Shown piece by piece: positions 1 through 10,551 of a stretch of 64,000 nucleotides of DNA (positions within the stretch are counted from its first letter, which is position 1; the number at the start of each line of letters is the position of its first letter). A program made the position numbers and the translations under genes. Under the pieces are notes generated by a model, which ran no database searches, had not been told where the DNA came from, and saw only the letters and a program-made list of their open reading frames with translations. The stretch lies in NCBI GenBank assembly GCA_000002435.2, contig CM018792.1; one strand, written 5' to 3'. This DNA is from Giardia intestinalis (lineage: Eukaryota).

Positions 1-567
1 AACATGACATATCAACATAACTGAAATAGATGAACCTGCTGGCCGTGCCCCTTGAGGTCGGCAGCCAGAGTTTGCGGTGAGGACTACCGGCCTCAATCCA
101 GTTAGAAGGTCCTTTGCCGCGTCACAGAACTCGTGGAGATAGTCTTCAATAATACAAGCATGTTTGACTGCAAAGTGCGCGGGTCCACGCACATGGGCAA
201 CAAATAACTCGGTGTATATAATCAGTAACAACAGCAAGGAATCATCTTCCCCGCTGCAGAAGGTGTCCCTTGTATCTTCAATAGATGAATTAAAGTCTAT
301 TGCAAAGCAAAGCAATAATGATACAAAATGCTTTGTTTGCTCCTCCGGGCTCGCATAGGAGCCTATAGAGCCTATGGGACGTGTTGCATGAAGATACTGC
401 TCCACTGGAGCCCAATCCTTCATCCACTTCTCTACATTGGAAAATGGAATGTCAATATGGTGATCTTCAAAACTCTTTAGAAACATGCTGGTCAGGCTTT
501 CCAGAGATATAGTACCGGCTTGATGATGCTGCGGCCCCACCTCCACGAAGCAGGCCTCATTGGACAT
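1..567 (-). CDS. Hypothetical protein, N-terminal ~189 codons only; the gene runs off the window start
   Basis: Hand reverse-complement translation of 1-603 gives an uninterrupted frame from ATG at 567-565 (MSNEACFVEVGPQHHQAGTISLESL...) down to position 1. An in-frame stop lies upstream at 603-601. The ORF track omits it, presumably because it has no stop inside the window. Confidence 0.4.
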   Translation of the reverse strand, partial: MSNEACFVEVGPQHHQAGTISLESLTSMFLKSFEDHHIDIPFSNVEKWMKDWAPVEQYLHATRPIGSIGSYASPEEQTKHFVSLLLCFAIDFNSSIEDTRDTFCSGEDDSLLLLLIIYTELFVAHVRGPAHFAVKHACIIEDYLHEFCDAAKDLLTGLRPVVLTANSGCRPQGARPAGSSISVMLICHV

Positions 568-680
568 GGTGTGGTCCGAGGAGTAATCTTTTGAGATTTT
601 TCATTTACTGGCAGGAGACGGAAAATCCGACTGGCAATAATAATGCTCAGCTTTATCTACGAGTCTCTGATCACCTGTGA

Positions 681-2558
681 TTATCTACGCTTGTATCGTT
701 TCTTTGACTTAAACCCTGTTGGCTTTTTACCCCGCTTCATCTGATATGGTGCCACTGTCTGGTCGTCGAGATTGCGGTTGTTCTTAGAGTCAGTCTTTCT
801 TTGCATCCTGATGGCTCGCCGCTGGATCCTGGCCTCCTCATACATTCTGTTGCGGACTTCTCCTGGAGATTCTCCTTCTTCGCGTAGATTCCGTTCTGCT
901 CGCTTCTTAGCCCGAATACTGGCCAACACATCCGGAGGAAGACTGTTTTCTTGGCGATTCTTAACCATCTTGGCCTCAGATGTGATTTTCCGGAGGTACT
1001 TCTGCTCCTCCTTGGAGAGGTCTCGGACGGCTTCCTTATTGGTAATTGCACCCGATACCACGCGGGCATGAAGAGCCCGCAAGTTGGCCTTTTCAGCTTC
1101 TGTCTGGAACCACGTCTTCTTGGGCCTGCTGAAGATCTCATCTTTGAATTCCATTATGTTTTCGGCCTTCTTGATCTTAATCTCCTCCATCTTCACCGCC
1201 ATCTCTAAATTCATCCGATCCACTCTGCGCTTGAGCTTGTCTGGGACAGAATTATGCACAAAATAATGCGTTATGGTAGTAATAAGTTTAGAGTCAATCT
1301 TCCTTTGGCGAAGAGGCTGGCCCTTTGCCCGCTCCTTTTGGCTGTCCTGAATCTCTTTTAGCACGTTCTGTTCCTGAGCATTGTCGTGAACAAAGGTTAT
1401 AGAAGTTCCTGGCGCGTCTGCACGACCGGTGCGACCTACACGGTGAATATGGACGTCAAGGCTGAGAGGAAAGTCATACTGTATGACGACAGTTACATTT
1501 TCAATATCGAGACCTCTGCTAGCGACGTCTGAGCAAACGAGCAAGTTGATGTCTCCCGACCTAAAGCGATCCAGTTCTGTTGCCCGTTCCTTCTGGCTAG
1601 AGTCTCCATGAAGGCACGATGGTCTGATACCAGCGAGTAAACACGAACGGGCTGCGTCCTCCGGTGGCTTACTCAACATGTCAAGGAGTATGAAAACTCT
1701 TCTTACCTCACGCTTGCTATTGCAGAAGACCATAATCTTGTGCTGGCCGTCCTCAGAGGAGAAGTTGTTACGGAGGAGAGACACGAGAAGTATGTCTCGT
1801 GCAATTGCAGAAAGTGTTGAGGACTTTAGTGAACTATCCTCGCCCTTGAACTTCTCTGTGCATTTTCGAAGCAGCGTAGGTGTAATCATAACAAACTCCT
1901 GTGTTATTGTTTGGGCTACTGTCCGGGGAGGATCTATTTGCACCTGGAGCGGCTTCTGCAGAGCGAGGAGTGAGAAGCTTAAGACCTCTTTCTCCATTGT
2001 TGCTGAAAAAAGCAGGGTCTGCCGAGCAACTGGACACAGCGCACAGATTTCCTTCAGCTCGTCGTGAAATCCTATATCTAGCATCTTATCTCCTTCGTCC
2101 AGTACCAGAACCTCAATTGTGTCTAGAGAGAAATTGACCGTGTTGCGGACTAAATCTATGAGCCGTCCTGGGGTTGCTACGATAATGTCAGGCTCGGTAC
2201 GCAATTGTGCAGCCTGCTTCGCCGTGTCAGTGCCACCTATCAAGAGGTAGACACGAAAGTTGGTAAAGTAAGCGAGCTCCTGGAGAACAGCAGCAGTCTG
2301 GGCAGCAAGCTCACGAGTTGGGGAGAGAATAAGCGCAGTAGTCCCGTAGGTATCTCTCCCACGAAGAATCATCCTCTCTAGCAGAGGTATGCCAAATGCC
2401 CCTGTCTTGCCAGAACCAGTCACTGCTGAAACTAGTGCATCTCGGCCAGCAAGTACAATAGGTATAACTTTTTCTTGAACAGTCGTAGGAAACTTCCAGC
2501 CCAGCCGTAGCACTGCGCGAGTGAGTTGGCGGGATAGAGAAAGCCCCTGCCAAGACAT
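681..2558 (-). CDS. DEAD-box ATP-dependent RNA helicase, possibly a nucleolar Drs1/DDX27- or Dbp10/DDX54-like type; motif II reads DEGD
   Basis: Motif I AVTGSGKTGAF, Ia PTRELA, TPGRL, motif II VLDEGDKML, SAT, motif VI HRVGRTGRA, and a Lys/Arg-rich C-terminal tail. The track start at 2567 is TTG; the first ATG is at 2558-2556 (MSWQGLSL...). Confidence 0.85.
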   Translation of the reverse strand: MSWQGLSLSRQLTRAVLRLGWKFPTTVQEKVIPIVLAGRDALVSAVTGSGKTGAFGIPLLERMILRGRDTYGTTALILSPTRELAAQTAAVLQELAYFTNFRVYLLIGGTDTAKQAAQLRTEPDIIVATPGRLIDLVRNTVNFSLDTIEVLVLDEGDKMLDIGFHDELKEICALCPVARQTLLFSATMEKEVLSFSLLALQKPLQVQIDPPRTVAQTITQEFVMITPTLLRKCTEKFKGEDSSLKSSTLSAIARDILLVSLLRNNFSSEDGQHKIMVFCNSKREVRRVFILLDMLSKPPEDAARSCLLAGIRPSCLHGDSSQKERATELDRFRSGDINLLVCSDVASRGLDIENVTVVIQYDFPLSLDVHIHRVGRTGRADAPGTSITFVHDNAQEQNVLKEIQDSQKERAKGQPLRQRKIDSKLITTITHYFVHNSVPDKLKRRVDRMNLEMAVKMEEIKIKKAENIMEFKDEIFSRPKKTWFQTEAEKANLRALHARVVSGAITNKEAVRDLSKEEQKYLRKITSEAKMVKNRQENSLPPDVLASIRAKKRAERNLREEGESPGEVRNRMYEEARIQRRAIRMQRKTDSKNNRNLDDQTVAPYQMKRGKKPTGFKSKKRYKRR

Positions 2559-2660
2559 AAAATACAATTATTATTTTAGCAGCAGCATAAAACTGGATGG
2601 CTGGCATATTTTTTGTGTAGATCCCAGTCTTGCTTCTCTGCGTGCATTGGCCGTGCCCAA

Positions 2661-5600
2661 ATGGTCAGGAACACAACGCACGAGCTCTATGGAGTGAGAA
2701 TCAGTGGAGAGGTCTATAGCCTTCTCAGAGATCTCAGAGACAATTGCCCCCGCAATCTGGGAAGCGTCGACATCGACGTGGCCATTTCACTGATAACGTG
2801 TAAGAGAAGAGACTTCATTACATCATACGACCAGCTCAACGAAATCGTCGTTCTTTTGTCGAAGGTCTGTGGCGACTCTCGACGCTTCGTAGCTACCAAG
2901 ATAATGAACTACTACGCAACCAACTTTCCATCTAAGGTCGAATCCATTCAGTCCTATATTGCTTATATGCCTACGGATAATCTGGATGGAAAGCAACAAT
3001 CCACAGATGACCAAGCTACTGACAAGACTCAACCCCCGTCGACATCTCTCATTACAGGAATCATAAAGGAAGACGATGATGAAAGCGATGATTTGGATAG
3101 CGAAGTAACGTTAAAAGAGCCTGGGACAATGTCCGCAGGGACAGGAAAGCGGAGTAGGCTATCAAAGATGGCGAAGGGCAATAAGGCCAATCGTGTCCAG
3201 GCAAATGATATCAGCTCATTGAAGCTTTCGACACTTCTTTCCACCCTAGTAGGAAAGCCTATCAAACGTGCTCAGCTTGAGGCCCGCAAAGAGTACACAA
3301 GGCAGATAGACGAGTCCCGTGCCTGTTACGGACGCCCCATTAAGTACGACCTGGAGATTCAAGAGTTAGCTATTCAGGTAATGGAGAGTGAGCTTTTGAC
3401 GACATTTTCCTATCTACAAAAACCGATTGTTGCTCACAGTTCGTCTGAGAGGCGCCATTTTTTCATTCCGGGAAATACATTTCCATTTTGCAGTACATCT
3501 CTCCCCATGGTGTATCCGCCACTTGGGACAATCATGGCAGCCCCAGCTGACTTTCTTTGTCGACCACGATTACCTGGGCGTAGAATCACACGCGAGACAA
3601 CCAAGAGAATCCCGCCCAACGAGGTCAGCTCGTATATTTACGACTCGCATCTCCTAGACTATACCAGACATAACGACACAGACGATCCGTCAGACCTTCG
3701 AGTTGAGTTACGGCCTGCGTGGGCCCAGACGATTGACTTTTCTAAGGCTGCATATGATCTTCCGGGAGAAGTTATGTGGCAGTATCCTATGTACAAGCTA
3801 CTCACACAGAAACCTGTTCCGGAGCATCACTCCCTCATAGATTTAACAGGGTGCTACGTGACTGCAGACGCTCTCTTTGATTCTCTAACGACAGAGTTGA
3901 TAGAGCTTGCTCGTAACGTGGTCAAGTGTGCACGGAAGCGAAGACGACTGGCTTACAGACAAAGATCAGCCAGACGAAAGCGACCAATCAGCCTTCCATC
4001 CATTTTCAATGAGTCACTTTCAAAGGACTCTTTCTCGCCTACAAATGACACTGCCGGGGCAGCTGATGCTTTGGGATCCCATAGTGACCTGCCTCTTTCT
4101 CCTGTTACAGTGGATGACTTGTCAGAAACTAACACGGACGAAGAGACTGATGACTCAGACAGTGATTCACAATCGCTTGGCATTGTCATTCTCAACTTGC
4201 TAGAACGACTGCAAAAGATTATCTTCTTTCCACCTTTCCGCGTCTGTGTAGATCAGCGACATCTAGGGAATGTATCCAGGTACGTTCGATTTGTTGAGAG
4301 CCCGTTTGATGCTACATGTTATGTTAAGGCAGTTGGGGTTTCTGGATCCACCCGTCTGCAACTCCACGCAGCAAAAGATCTGCCAGCTAATGCAGAGCTT
4401 ACACTTCACGCTGGGTCCTTTTCCTGGATTAAGTGTACCTCCGAATTAATGCGTTATCTCTACACTCTCGAAGAATATATTTTGTTCACTGATCAGCTGG
4501 CACTAAGGAGGCCGTGGCAATCTCTTTTACATTGCTCATCGTCAAACGACAATACGGAGTCCACACCTACAATCATGGATTCTGCTATGCTTGTTACTCT
4601 TGTGGAGATGCGACTACGAGAAAGTGCAGCATCCTTACTATCCTTAAAGCAGATTGATCTCGACTTCATGACATGGCTATCTGATCAGCTCTATGATGTG
4701 TCCTATGCCGAAGAGTCCTCTCTCGGTGACTTTCGACAGCTTCACATTAGCCTGGCGAGCGTTCTCGATCCCGCAAATGCCGCTATTAACACCACCAACA
4801 ATCGCTGTACTGTATTAGTCAATCCAAAGAACTTTTTTACGCACAGCACGCATGCACACAGCTGCTCGTTAAATATTGTAACAGCGGATACCAATTTCTC
4901 TATGAACGGATACTACCTTTATCACTTTTTCTTGACGCACAAACTTTTAACCGACAGAGACTCCTTAGATACTCTACAGTCTTCTCTCTTACTTACAAAT
5001 GACCAGCAGCGATCCCTGCTAACCACATTACTTGGGGCGCAACTCACAGCTATCTATACGGATCTTGACGGAGGAACCTCTCCTGTGGCTAAGAGCTTTC
5101 AGACAATCGGCTTTGTGTTGGCTCCACCTGACGCTGACAACTTAGCGGAGAGTGCTCTTCCATTAACCATCAAAGTATTAAAGCATGAAGCTCGCTGCAT
5201 CAGCGTAGACTCCTGTCTGAACAGCAAATCTAGTACATGGCACAGTAGTGTCTGTGTCTTTGTTGTACGGGCAGATGGCACAATCGACACCGTAGAATAT
5301 ATTTTTGCCGAGAAGCTACAGAACTATCTATCACTATTACAAAAGAAAAATCCTACCTACAATTGTTACGAGGTTCCCTTGGATCATTACATCATGGGCA
5401 TAATTAAAGGATACATTGAGACAGCCGCTGTGGGGCCATCTGTTGTAATGAAAACGTTTCCTACCTACTACTCAGCTTGGACGCCGTTTGTGCCTGTTTC
5501 AGAAGTGCAGTCACTCACATTTGACCCGCTACTCACTAGGATTTTCTTTACTATTGCCAAATGCTATAAGAACTATAAAATACTACCGGATCTGGCTGCA

Positions 5601-6425
5601 ACTTTGAACGTGCCATTATCAGTTCCATATAGCTCTTCCTCGGCCGTTCCAGCTACCTCAACTGTCGACAAGGTGCTGCTGCAAGGTGCTCCTCCACATT
5701 CGTTTATCCCAACTGCACTCGATGAACAGATAGACGCGCTTCTTCTGCGATTGATACACCATAACACTTACTTCAACCTGATAAGCTATGGAATGGGGAT
5801 CAGCAAGCATAAGTACGTCGACATGATTAAGGAACTTGTCTCCTCTCCTCTCCACTTCAGTCTTGCTGATACTTGGTCCCATCCTCTGGAGCTTTTCGAC
5901 ATTGCGGCACTTCCCAATACCTTGCAGTTCTTATCGAACTATGTCCTACGGTCAAGAAACGAGGATGTCCAATTTCTTCAGTCGACTCTTCTAGACCTGA
6001 AGGGCTGTAACAAAGAGCATAACTATAAGAGCCACATTCTGGTACAAGAGGCATCCATCTTCTCTGATACAGTTTTGCATATGCTTGCAACAGACATTCT
6101 GGCGTTGTTACACAGCATGCCACCTCTGTCTGGAAAAAATAAGCAGGCCAAGGCGAAGCGCAGCCTCATCCAAAAAGAAGCACTCTGGCCAGGAAGCAAA
6201 GAGTATGCCCCACCAGGATACAACGGACTTTACGCTAGGGCAACGCCCCAGACGACTTACTCTTATCTCACTCCAAGCGACTATCTAAAGAAGTACGGGG
6301 ACGACGTGGTTGATGTATCTTTTACTCCGAAAGCAGTTCTAGTGGACAAGCATTTTTCGTCTCCGGTGATGCAGAGAATTTTTGCGGATGCACGCGCCAC
6401 GTTTCAGAATAAAGTAAAAGCTTGA
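2661..6425 (+). CDS. Large hypothetical protein (~1254 aa) with acidic Asp/Ser-rich stretches
   Basis: Uninterrupted 3.8-kb ORF. The track start at 2613 is TTG and the first ATG is 2661 (MVRNTTHEL...). It has acidic runs (DDDESDDLDSE, ETDDSDSDSQS) and no recognisable catalytic motif. Confidence 0.6.
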   Translation: MVRNTTHELYGVRISGEVYSLLRDLRDNCPRNLGSVDIDVAISLITCKRRDFITSYDQLNEIVVLLSKVCGDSRRFVATKIMNYYATNFPSKVESIQSYIAYMPTDNLDGKQQSTDDQATDKTQPPSTSLITGIIKEDDDESDDLDSEVTLKEPGTMSAGTGKRSRLSKMAKGNKANRVQANDISSLKLSTLLSTLVGKPIKRAQLEARKEYTRQIDESRACYGRPIKYDLEIQELAIQVMESELLTTFSYLQKPIVAHSSSERRHFFIPGNTFPFCSTSLPMVYPPLGTIMAAPADFLCRPRLPGRRITRETTKRIPPNEVSSYIYDSHLLDYTRHNDTDDPSDLRVELRPAWAQTIDFSKAAYDLPGEVMWQYPMYKLLTQKPVPEHHSLIDLTGCYVTADALFDSLTTELIELARNVVKCARKRRRLAYRQRSARRKRPISLPSIFNESLSKDSFSPTNDTAGAADALGSHSDLPLSPVTVDDLSETNTDEETDDSDSDSQSLGIVILNLLERLQKIIFFPPFRVCVDQRHLGNVSRYVRFVESPFDATCYVKAVGVSGSTRLQLHAAKDLPANAELTLHAGSFSWIKCTSELMRYLYTLEEYILFTDQLALRRPWQSLLHCSSSNDNTESTPTIMDSAMLVTLVEMRLRESAASLLSLKQIDLDFMTWLSDQLYDVSYAEESSLGDFRQLHISLASVLDPANAAINTTNNRCTVLVNPKNFFTHSTHAHSCSLNIVTADTNFSMNGYYLYHFFLTHKLLTDRDSLDTLQSSLLLTNDQQRSLLTTLLGAQLTAIYTDLDGGTSPVAKSFQTIGFVLAPPDADNLAESALPLTIKVLKHEARCISVDSCLNSKSSTWHSSVCVFVVRADGTIDTVEYIFAEKLQNYLSLLQKKNPTYNCYEVPLDHYIMGIIKGYIETAAVGPSVVMKTFPTYYSAWTPFVPVSEVQSLTFDPLLTRIFFTIAKCYKNYKILPDLAATLNVPLSVPYSSSSAVPATSTVDKVLLQGAPPHSFIPTALDEQIDALLLRLIHHNTYFNLISYGMGISKHKYVDMIKELVSSPLHFSLADTWSHPLELFDIAALPNTLQFLSNYVLRSRNEDVQFLQSTLLDLKGCNKEHNYKSHILVQEASIFSDTVLHMLATDILALLHSMPPLSGKNKQAKAKRSLIQKEALWPGSKEYAPPGYNGLYARATPQTTYSYLTPSDYLKKYGDDVVDVSFTPKAVLVDKHFSSPVMQRIFADARATFQNKVKA

Positions 6426-6659
6426 CTAGGTAATATACTGTCATGATGCACGGAAACATGAAGATGCATATGAAAAAGAGGGGTACAATTGCAGCCAGAA
6501 GATACATGGGAATGGAGATGTACCAGCTTAGTGGGACGGTGTGTTTCAGAGTAGAACAGAGAATTAACGATATAAGAGAAAGGTTGATGGTGGTGCGGAC
6601 TATCCTTCGTCTACGAAAGAACCTGTGACGTGACTCCGTTGGGGACAACTCAGAGTCTC

Positions 6660-9212
6660 CTATTCGTATTCTTTTGATATCCAGGCAAACGTGCCCATGT
6701 ACTTGACAAATAGCTCGGCCGTCCTTGTCCATAAAATAAGGCAGAAATTGCTTGTAGACGCAGATACCCGTACGTTATATACATGTCTACAGGGATCAGC
6801 AGCTGACTCTATATACAGGCCCTTAATTTGCAGAAAATAGAGAACGGTATCTATAATTTCTTTTTCGGTCGCTACCTGCTCTGCGCCATTAGTGCAGCAA
6901 CACACTTTTAGTACTTTTTTTACAAAGCTTTGCAGAATTTCCACTACAGACTCTGTCTCATCTACCTTTAATTGAAGAGAAGGAGTCATGCCGTCATCCT
7001 CATCAGCATCATCTAGGCTAACTCTCTTGGCTGACGCCGGCCACTGAAGCCTAAGAATAGGAAGATGGTTACTTGATGCGAAATTTAAAATGGATTCAAA
7101 CCTGGATGTATATTCAGATTTGTTTGTTGCTGGTCTCCCTTCATGCAGTAAAGAACTTCTATATGCAGTTAGTTGATCCAGTAATGCGCTTGCCAGTATT
7201 GCAAGCGAAAACTTCTTCCCAGATAAGTAGTCATTAGAAAAACACTGTATGAGGATGCACTTAACATGATCACGGTTACCAGTGAGTATGGCCACAATAA
7301 AATCTAGCCTGACTAAGAGTGTCAACCTAGAATCCTGATAGGTAGGCTCAAGCGCACATGACCGATAAGCTAGGGGTGGCTCCACGCTAGGATTGGTCTG
7401 AGGCCGTGATACTATCTTGTTCTTGTACATATTGAAGGCAGTTGTTAAGTAGTAAATCAGAAGGACTATAGTAACAAACATCTGCTTGTGCTTTAGAGAC
7501 ACATCCTCTCCGGAGTCGACCATAGCCTGCTTCATATGCTGTGACAAGGAGTTCTTGATATCGTCCTGCTTATCTAAAGAACTTACAGCCCCAAGGAATC
7601 GGCCCAACTGAAAGAATTCTTCTGTGCTAAAGAACGAGGTGTACTTTATCAAGTCGTCCCGAATACGCTGACTACTCATGTCACCAACGCCAACTATCTT
7701 CTCCGGTTTGTCCTGCTCTGTTACCAACTTGAGATGAAGACTCCGCAGCATGTCTGTACTGCTATAGATAAAGTGATAGTCTGCAGGCTGGCCGCGGCGA
7801 CCACACCGGCCTCCATACTGAATCAGCTCGTTGATGGAGAAGCAGCAGCCACAGACAACAACAAAGTTCACGTCGTGAAGGTCAACACCGTGGGAAAGAG
7901 AGCTTGTAGCAACAACAACATCTGCCTTCGCAATTGTGGATAGTGTGTTGTTTGTGGTCGAGTGAAAAGGAAGAGCAGATATCCCTTTACTCTTCAGTAA
8001 CTTGCAGATAGTGACACACTCACCCTTTGTCAAGCAGAAGATAATTCCTTTGCAATCTAAATTACCCTGATTCATGGGTGTAGTGCCACTCTTGGAAACA
8101 TAGTGTTCCGCTTGAGCTAGGCCTCGTTGAAGTACCTCACCTTGATCAGCACACCGAGTAATTATAAATCGAACATTGGACGGTATTATACGATCTATAG
8201 TAAAGTAATATAAACCACTGCCGCTCCATATCCACGATAGTAGTAAATTCCGCTTTGCTTCCGTGAGAGATCCAGACAAGAGGGATAGATTGGTGTGAAA
8301 GATTCTCCGAAGCCAGGATGCCTTCTTACAAACAACAATATAATCCTTTTTAAACAAAAACGCCCAGGTGATAAGTATGTGACACTCATCGACGACAATG
8401 CGGTTCAATCTCTTACTTTGCGCCAATGGGTACCAGACAGTGTCATGTAATATCAGGAACGATTCCGGTGTTGTGTAGATGAGACGCTTGTTGAAGAGAC
8501 CCGTGACAGGTGAGCCTTTGCCATGCTCGGAATCCTTGTTGCAGAGCTCTAGAATGGTCCTATAGTCCATTGCAAAGGGATGGAGCTCCTTTTTAAGATA
8601 ACGTGCCCTGTTATCTTTACCTATGAAGCACCCAACTAGGTCGTGGATAGAGATTGGCAGCTGAGACCCAAGTATGGCCGAGAGGTCTGGCGCATTGGCG
8701 TGTAGAGATGCAAAACTGTGCAGGTGCGACTCAATAATGGATACAAATGGGACAATAACGACTGTGATAGAAGTTTGCAGAAGGGCAGGCAGGATAAAGC
8801 ATACGGACTTTCCAAAACCCGTGGGAAAGTCCACCAGTGCAGACTTTCCGGCTAGGGACGCATGAATAACGGCCTTCTGTTCGGCTCGAAGCTCAGATAT
8901 ACCCATATACATTGCAATTAATCCAGCTTTCTGCATGTCGGCTGATAGATCTGTCCTCTTATCACAAGAACTATAGGCTAGAAGCTCAGGGACGGGATTT
9001 AGACCAACGTATACTTTTGCTATCTTAGCCTCTATATTCTGCATCCTAGCCAGAGTGTTGTGCGGTTTGTTGTTCAGCAAAGCATTTATGGACTGTAAGC
9101 ACTGACATCTTACTTCTTTGTGCAATCGTGTGCCTCGTTCCTGAATAGCCTTTATGCAATGAGGATCCGAGTTAATAATAGCCTCGTAGGAGTCCAAGGC
9201 ATTGCTCAGCAT
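6660..9212 (-). CDS. RecQ-family DNA helicase
   Basis: Motif I FPTGFGKSVCFILPAL, DECH box (IVVDECHILITW), ATSSLSHGVDLHDVNFVV and motif VI QYGGRCGRRGQPA. The track start at 9233 is TTG; the first ATG is at 9212-9210 (MLSNALDSYEA...). Confidence 0.8.
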   Translation of the reverse strand: MLSNALDSYEAIINSDPHCIKAIQERGTRLHKEVRCQCLQSINALLNNKPHNTLARMQNIEAKIAKVYVGLNPVPELLAYSSCDKRTDLSADMQKAGLIAMYMGISELRAEQKAVIHASLAGKSALVDFPTGFGKSVCFILPALLQTSITVVIVPFVSIIESHLHSFASLHANAPDLSAILGSQLPISIHDLVGCFIGKDNRARYLKKELHPFAMDYRTILELCNKDSEHGKGSPVTGLFNKRLIYTTPESFLILHDTVWYPLAQSKRLNRIVVDECHILITWAFLFKKDYIVVCKKASWLRRIFHTNLSLLSGSLTEAKRNLLLSWIWSGSGLYYFTIDRIIPSNVRFIITRCADQGEVLQRGLAQAEHYVSKSGTTPMNQGNLDCKGIIFCLTKGECVTICKLLKSKGISALPFHSTTNNTLSTIAKADVVVATSSLSHGVDLHDVNFVVVCGCCFSINELIQYGGRCGRRGQPADYHFIYSSTDMLRSLHLKLVTEQDKPEKIVGVGDMSSQRIRDDLIKYTSFFSTEEFFQLGRFLGAVSSLDKQDDIKNSLSQHMKQAMVDSGEDVSLKHKQMFVTIVLLIYYLTTAFNMYKNKIVSRPQTNPSVEPPLAYRSCALEPTYQDSRLTLLVRLDFIVAILTGNRDHVKCILIQCFSNDYLSGKKFSLAILASALLDQLTAYRSSLLHEGRPATNKSEYTSRFESILNFASSNHLPILRLQWPASAKRVSLDDADEDDGMTPSLQLKVDETESVVEILQSFVKKVLKVCCCTNGAEQVATEKEIIDTVLYFLQIKGLYIESAADPCRHVYNVRVSASTSNFCLILWTRTAELFVKYMGTFAWISKEYE

Positions 9213-9343
9213 AAAGGCAAAAACACCAAGCAAAGGTACAAAGCCTCAGCCTCTCGAATTAATATTTACTTTAGAGATCTTTTAGAGTATCAGCGTGCAT
9301 CAACCGTGTCCGGAATTGGGTGCTTCTTCTTGTATAGAATAGT

Positions 9344-10066
9344 ATGTATGTTGCATATATTGCAGGTCACCATGCGCGGCCCTATGGTCTCCCCTCGCCC
9401 CAGGGTGATGACGACGGGGTTTCCGCAACTACTACAGACATACTCAAGTGTTTCCAATTGCATAAGAAAAACCGTCTGTACCGAGAATTTTTTAATTGCA
9501 TCACGCCCCAAATGAGTTCTTCTGGTTTGCTGATACCTCCAGAGCTCCAGACACTGCATGTTGAATTATCGGAATCTGACGGTCCTACTGAAGATGCAGC
9601 GGACCTCCACGCTAAGTCTACCATTGACGAGTCAGCTCCTGCTACAGGAAGTGATCCTTTTCATATCAATCAAAGCACTAACCTCAATGATGGCTTCTCC
9701 TTCACGCAATACTACACTCCCCTTCAGGACGCTGCATTGTCGTTGGATACGCCCATATGCATAGGCCATGTTGAAAGTATTGTTGGAAGCGCCGCTATGG
9801 TCAAGGGCACCCTATCAGCAGCACCTTCTCTAGAGGCAATTGAGGATGCTGATAAGCCTTTCTTCATTGAAGGCGTGGTCTACACTGTCGATGGCGTGCC
9901 CACCGGCCAGATCGTGGATGTTTGGGGAAGCGTTGACAGCCCGATCTATACCATCCAGCTCACAGCCAGCAGTCGTCTGCAGAAAGGCGACAGAGTCCTG
10001 GTGGACCACAGTACTGCAACACGCGCGAAGGTAAACATGGAGAAAAGCGACAGTTCCGATGACTGA
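9344..10066 (+). CDS. Hypothetical protein with a Gar1/Naf1-like beta-barrel segment, a possible H/ACA RNP assembly factor
   Basis: ATG verified at 9344. The C-terminal segment IEGVVYTVDGVPTGQIVDVWGSVDSPIYTIQLTASSRLQKGDRVLVD resembles the Gar1/Naf1 core (GxVxDVFGPVxxPYYxV...KGDxV). There are no Gly-Arg-rich (GAR) flanks, and an acidic N-terminal extension fits Naf1 better. The functional call is low-confidence. Confidence 0.4.
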   Translation: MYVAYIAGHHARPYGLPSPQGDDDGVSATTTDILKCFQLHKKNRLYREFFNCITPQMSSSGLLIPPELQTLHVELSESDGPTEDAADLHAKSTIDESAPATGSDPFHINQSTNLNDGFSFTQYYTPLQDAALSLDTPICIGHVESIVGSAAMVKGTLSAAPSLEAIEDADKPFFIEGVVYTVDGVPTGQIVDVWGSVDSPIYTIQLTASSRLQKGDRVLVDHSTATRAKVNMEKSDSSDD

Positions 10067-10092
10067 GCAGTTATCTGGAAAACTAGAAAATA

Positions 10093-10551
10093 ATGGCTCC
10101 TTTACGCTCCGTTGTTTGGGCACCCATCCCCTGCTTATCGTCTCTCTTTCCGATGCTCGGCCACTTCGGGATAACAGATAGCGTGGGAGTGATCCATGAC
10201 TTCGGAGGCGACTTCTACATAAATAGGTCTGAGACACACACAATCTTCGGACCACCAACTCTCTACACGCAATTATCAGAGGAATGTTGGTCTGCTATTA
10301 GTGACGAGGAATGGGACAGCGCCCTTTCCATAACTATGGCCAACTATCAAAAGAAACGCTACAACTTCTTCATAAACAATTGTCATCACTTTGTAGCCGC
10401 TGTCCTCAAAACACTATCGTCTGGAAAGAAGAACTATACTATTTTCTCTTTGATCAGAGCGTTTCGGCTGGGCAGGACTGTCAAGAAGATGCCTGGCCAC
10501 AATGCTCCTCCAGCTTCTCACAGCGATGTCCTAGGATGTGAAGACGCATAA
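10093..10551 (+). CDS. PPPDE/DeSI-type (DUF862) thiol isopeptidase-like protein
   Basis: ATG verified at 10093. It has a conserved His near the N-terminus (VIHDFGGDFYIN) and the NNCHHF motif that matches the PPPDE catalytic Cys signature NNCNHF. Confidence 0.5.
   Translation: MAPLRSVVWAPIPCLSSLFPMLGHFGITDSVGVIHDFGGDFYINRSETHTIFGPPTLYTQLSEECWSAISDEEWDSALSITMANYQKKRYNFFINNCHHFVAAVLKTLSSGKKNYTIFSLIRAFRLGRTVKKMPGHNAPPASHSDVLGCEDA

Noticed and set aside
6322-6732. 136-aa minus-strand ORF spanning the spacer between the 1254-aa hypothetical gene and the RecQ gene
   Set aside because: It overlaps the 3' ends of two convergent, well-supported genes in a third frame. Its sequence is hydrophobic and low-complexity, and there is no independent start context.
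9342-9365. GTATGTT…TTGCAG immediately after the ATG of the 9344 gene, resembling a spliceosomal intron 5' site
   Set aside because: It is only about 20 nt from GT to AG and has no branch-point-like CTRAC element. Removing it would delete the start codon context. It is coincidental codon sequence (ATG TAT GTT…).
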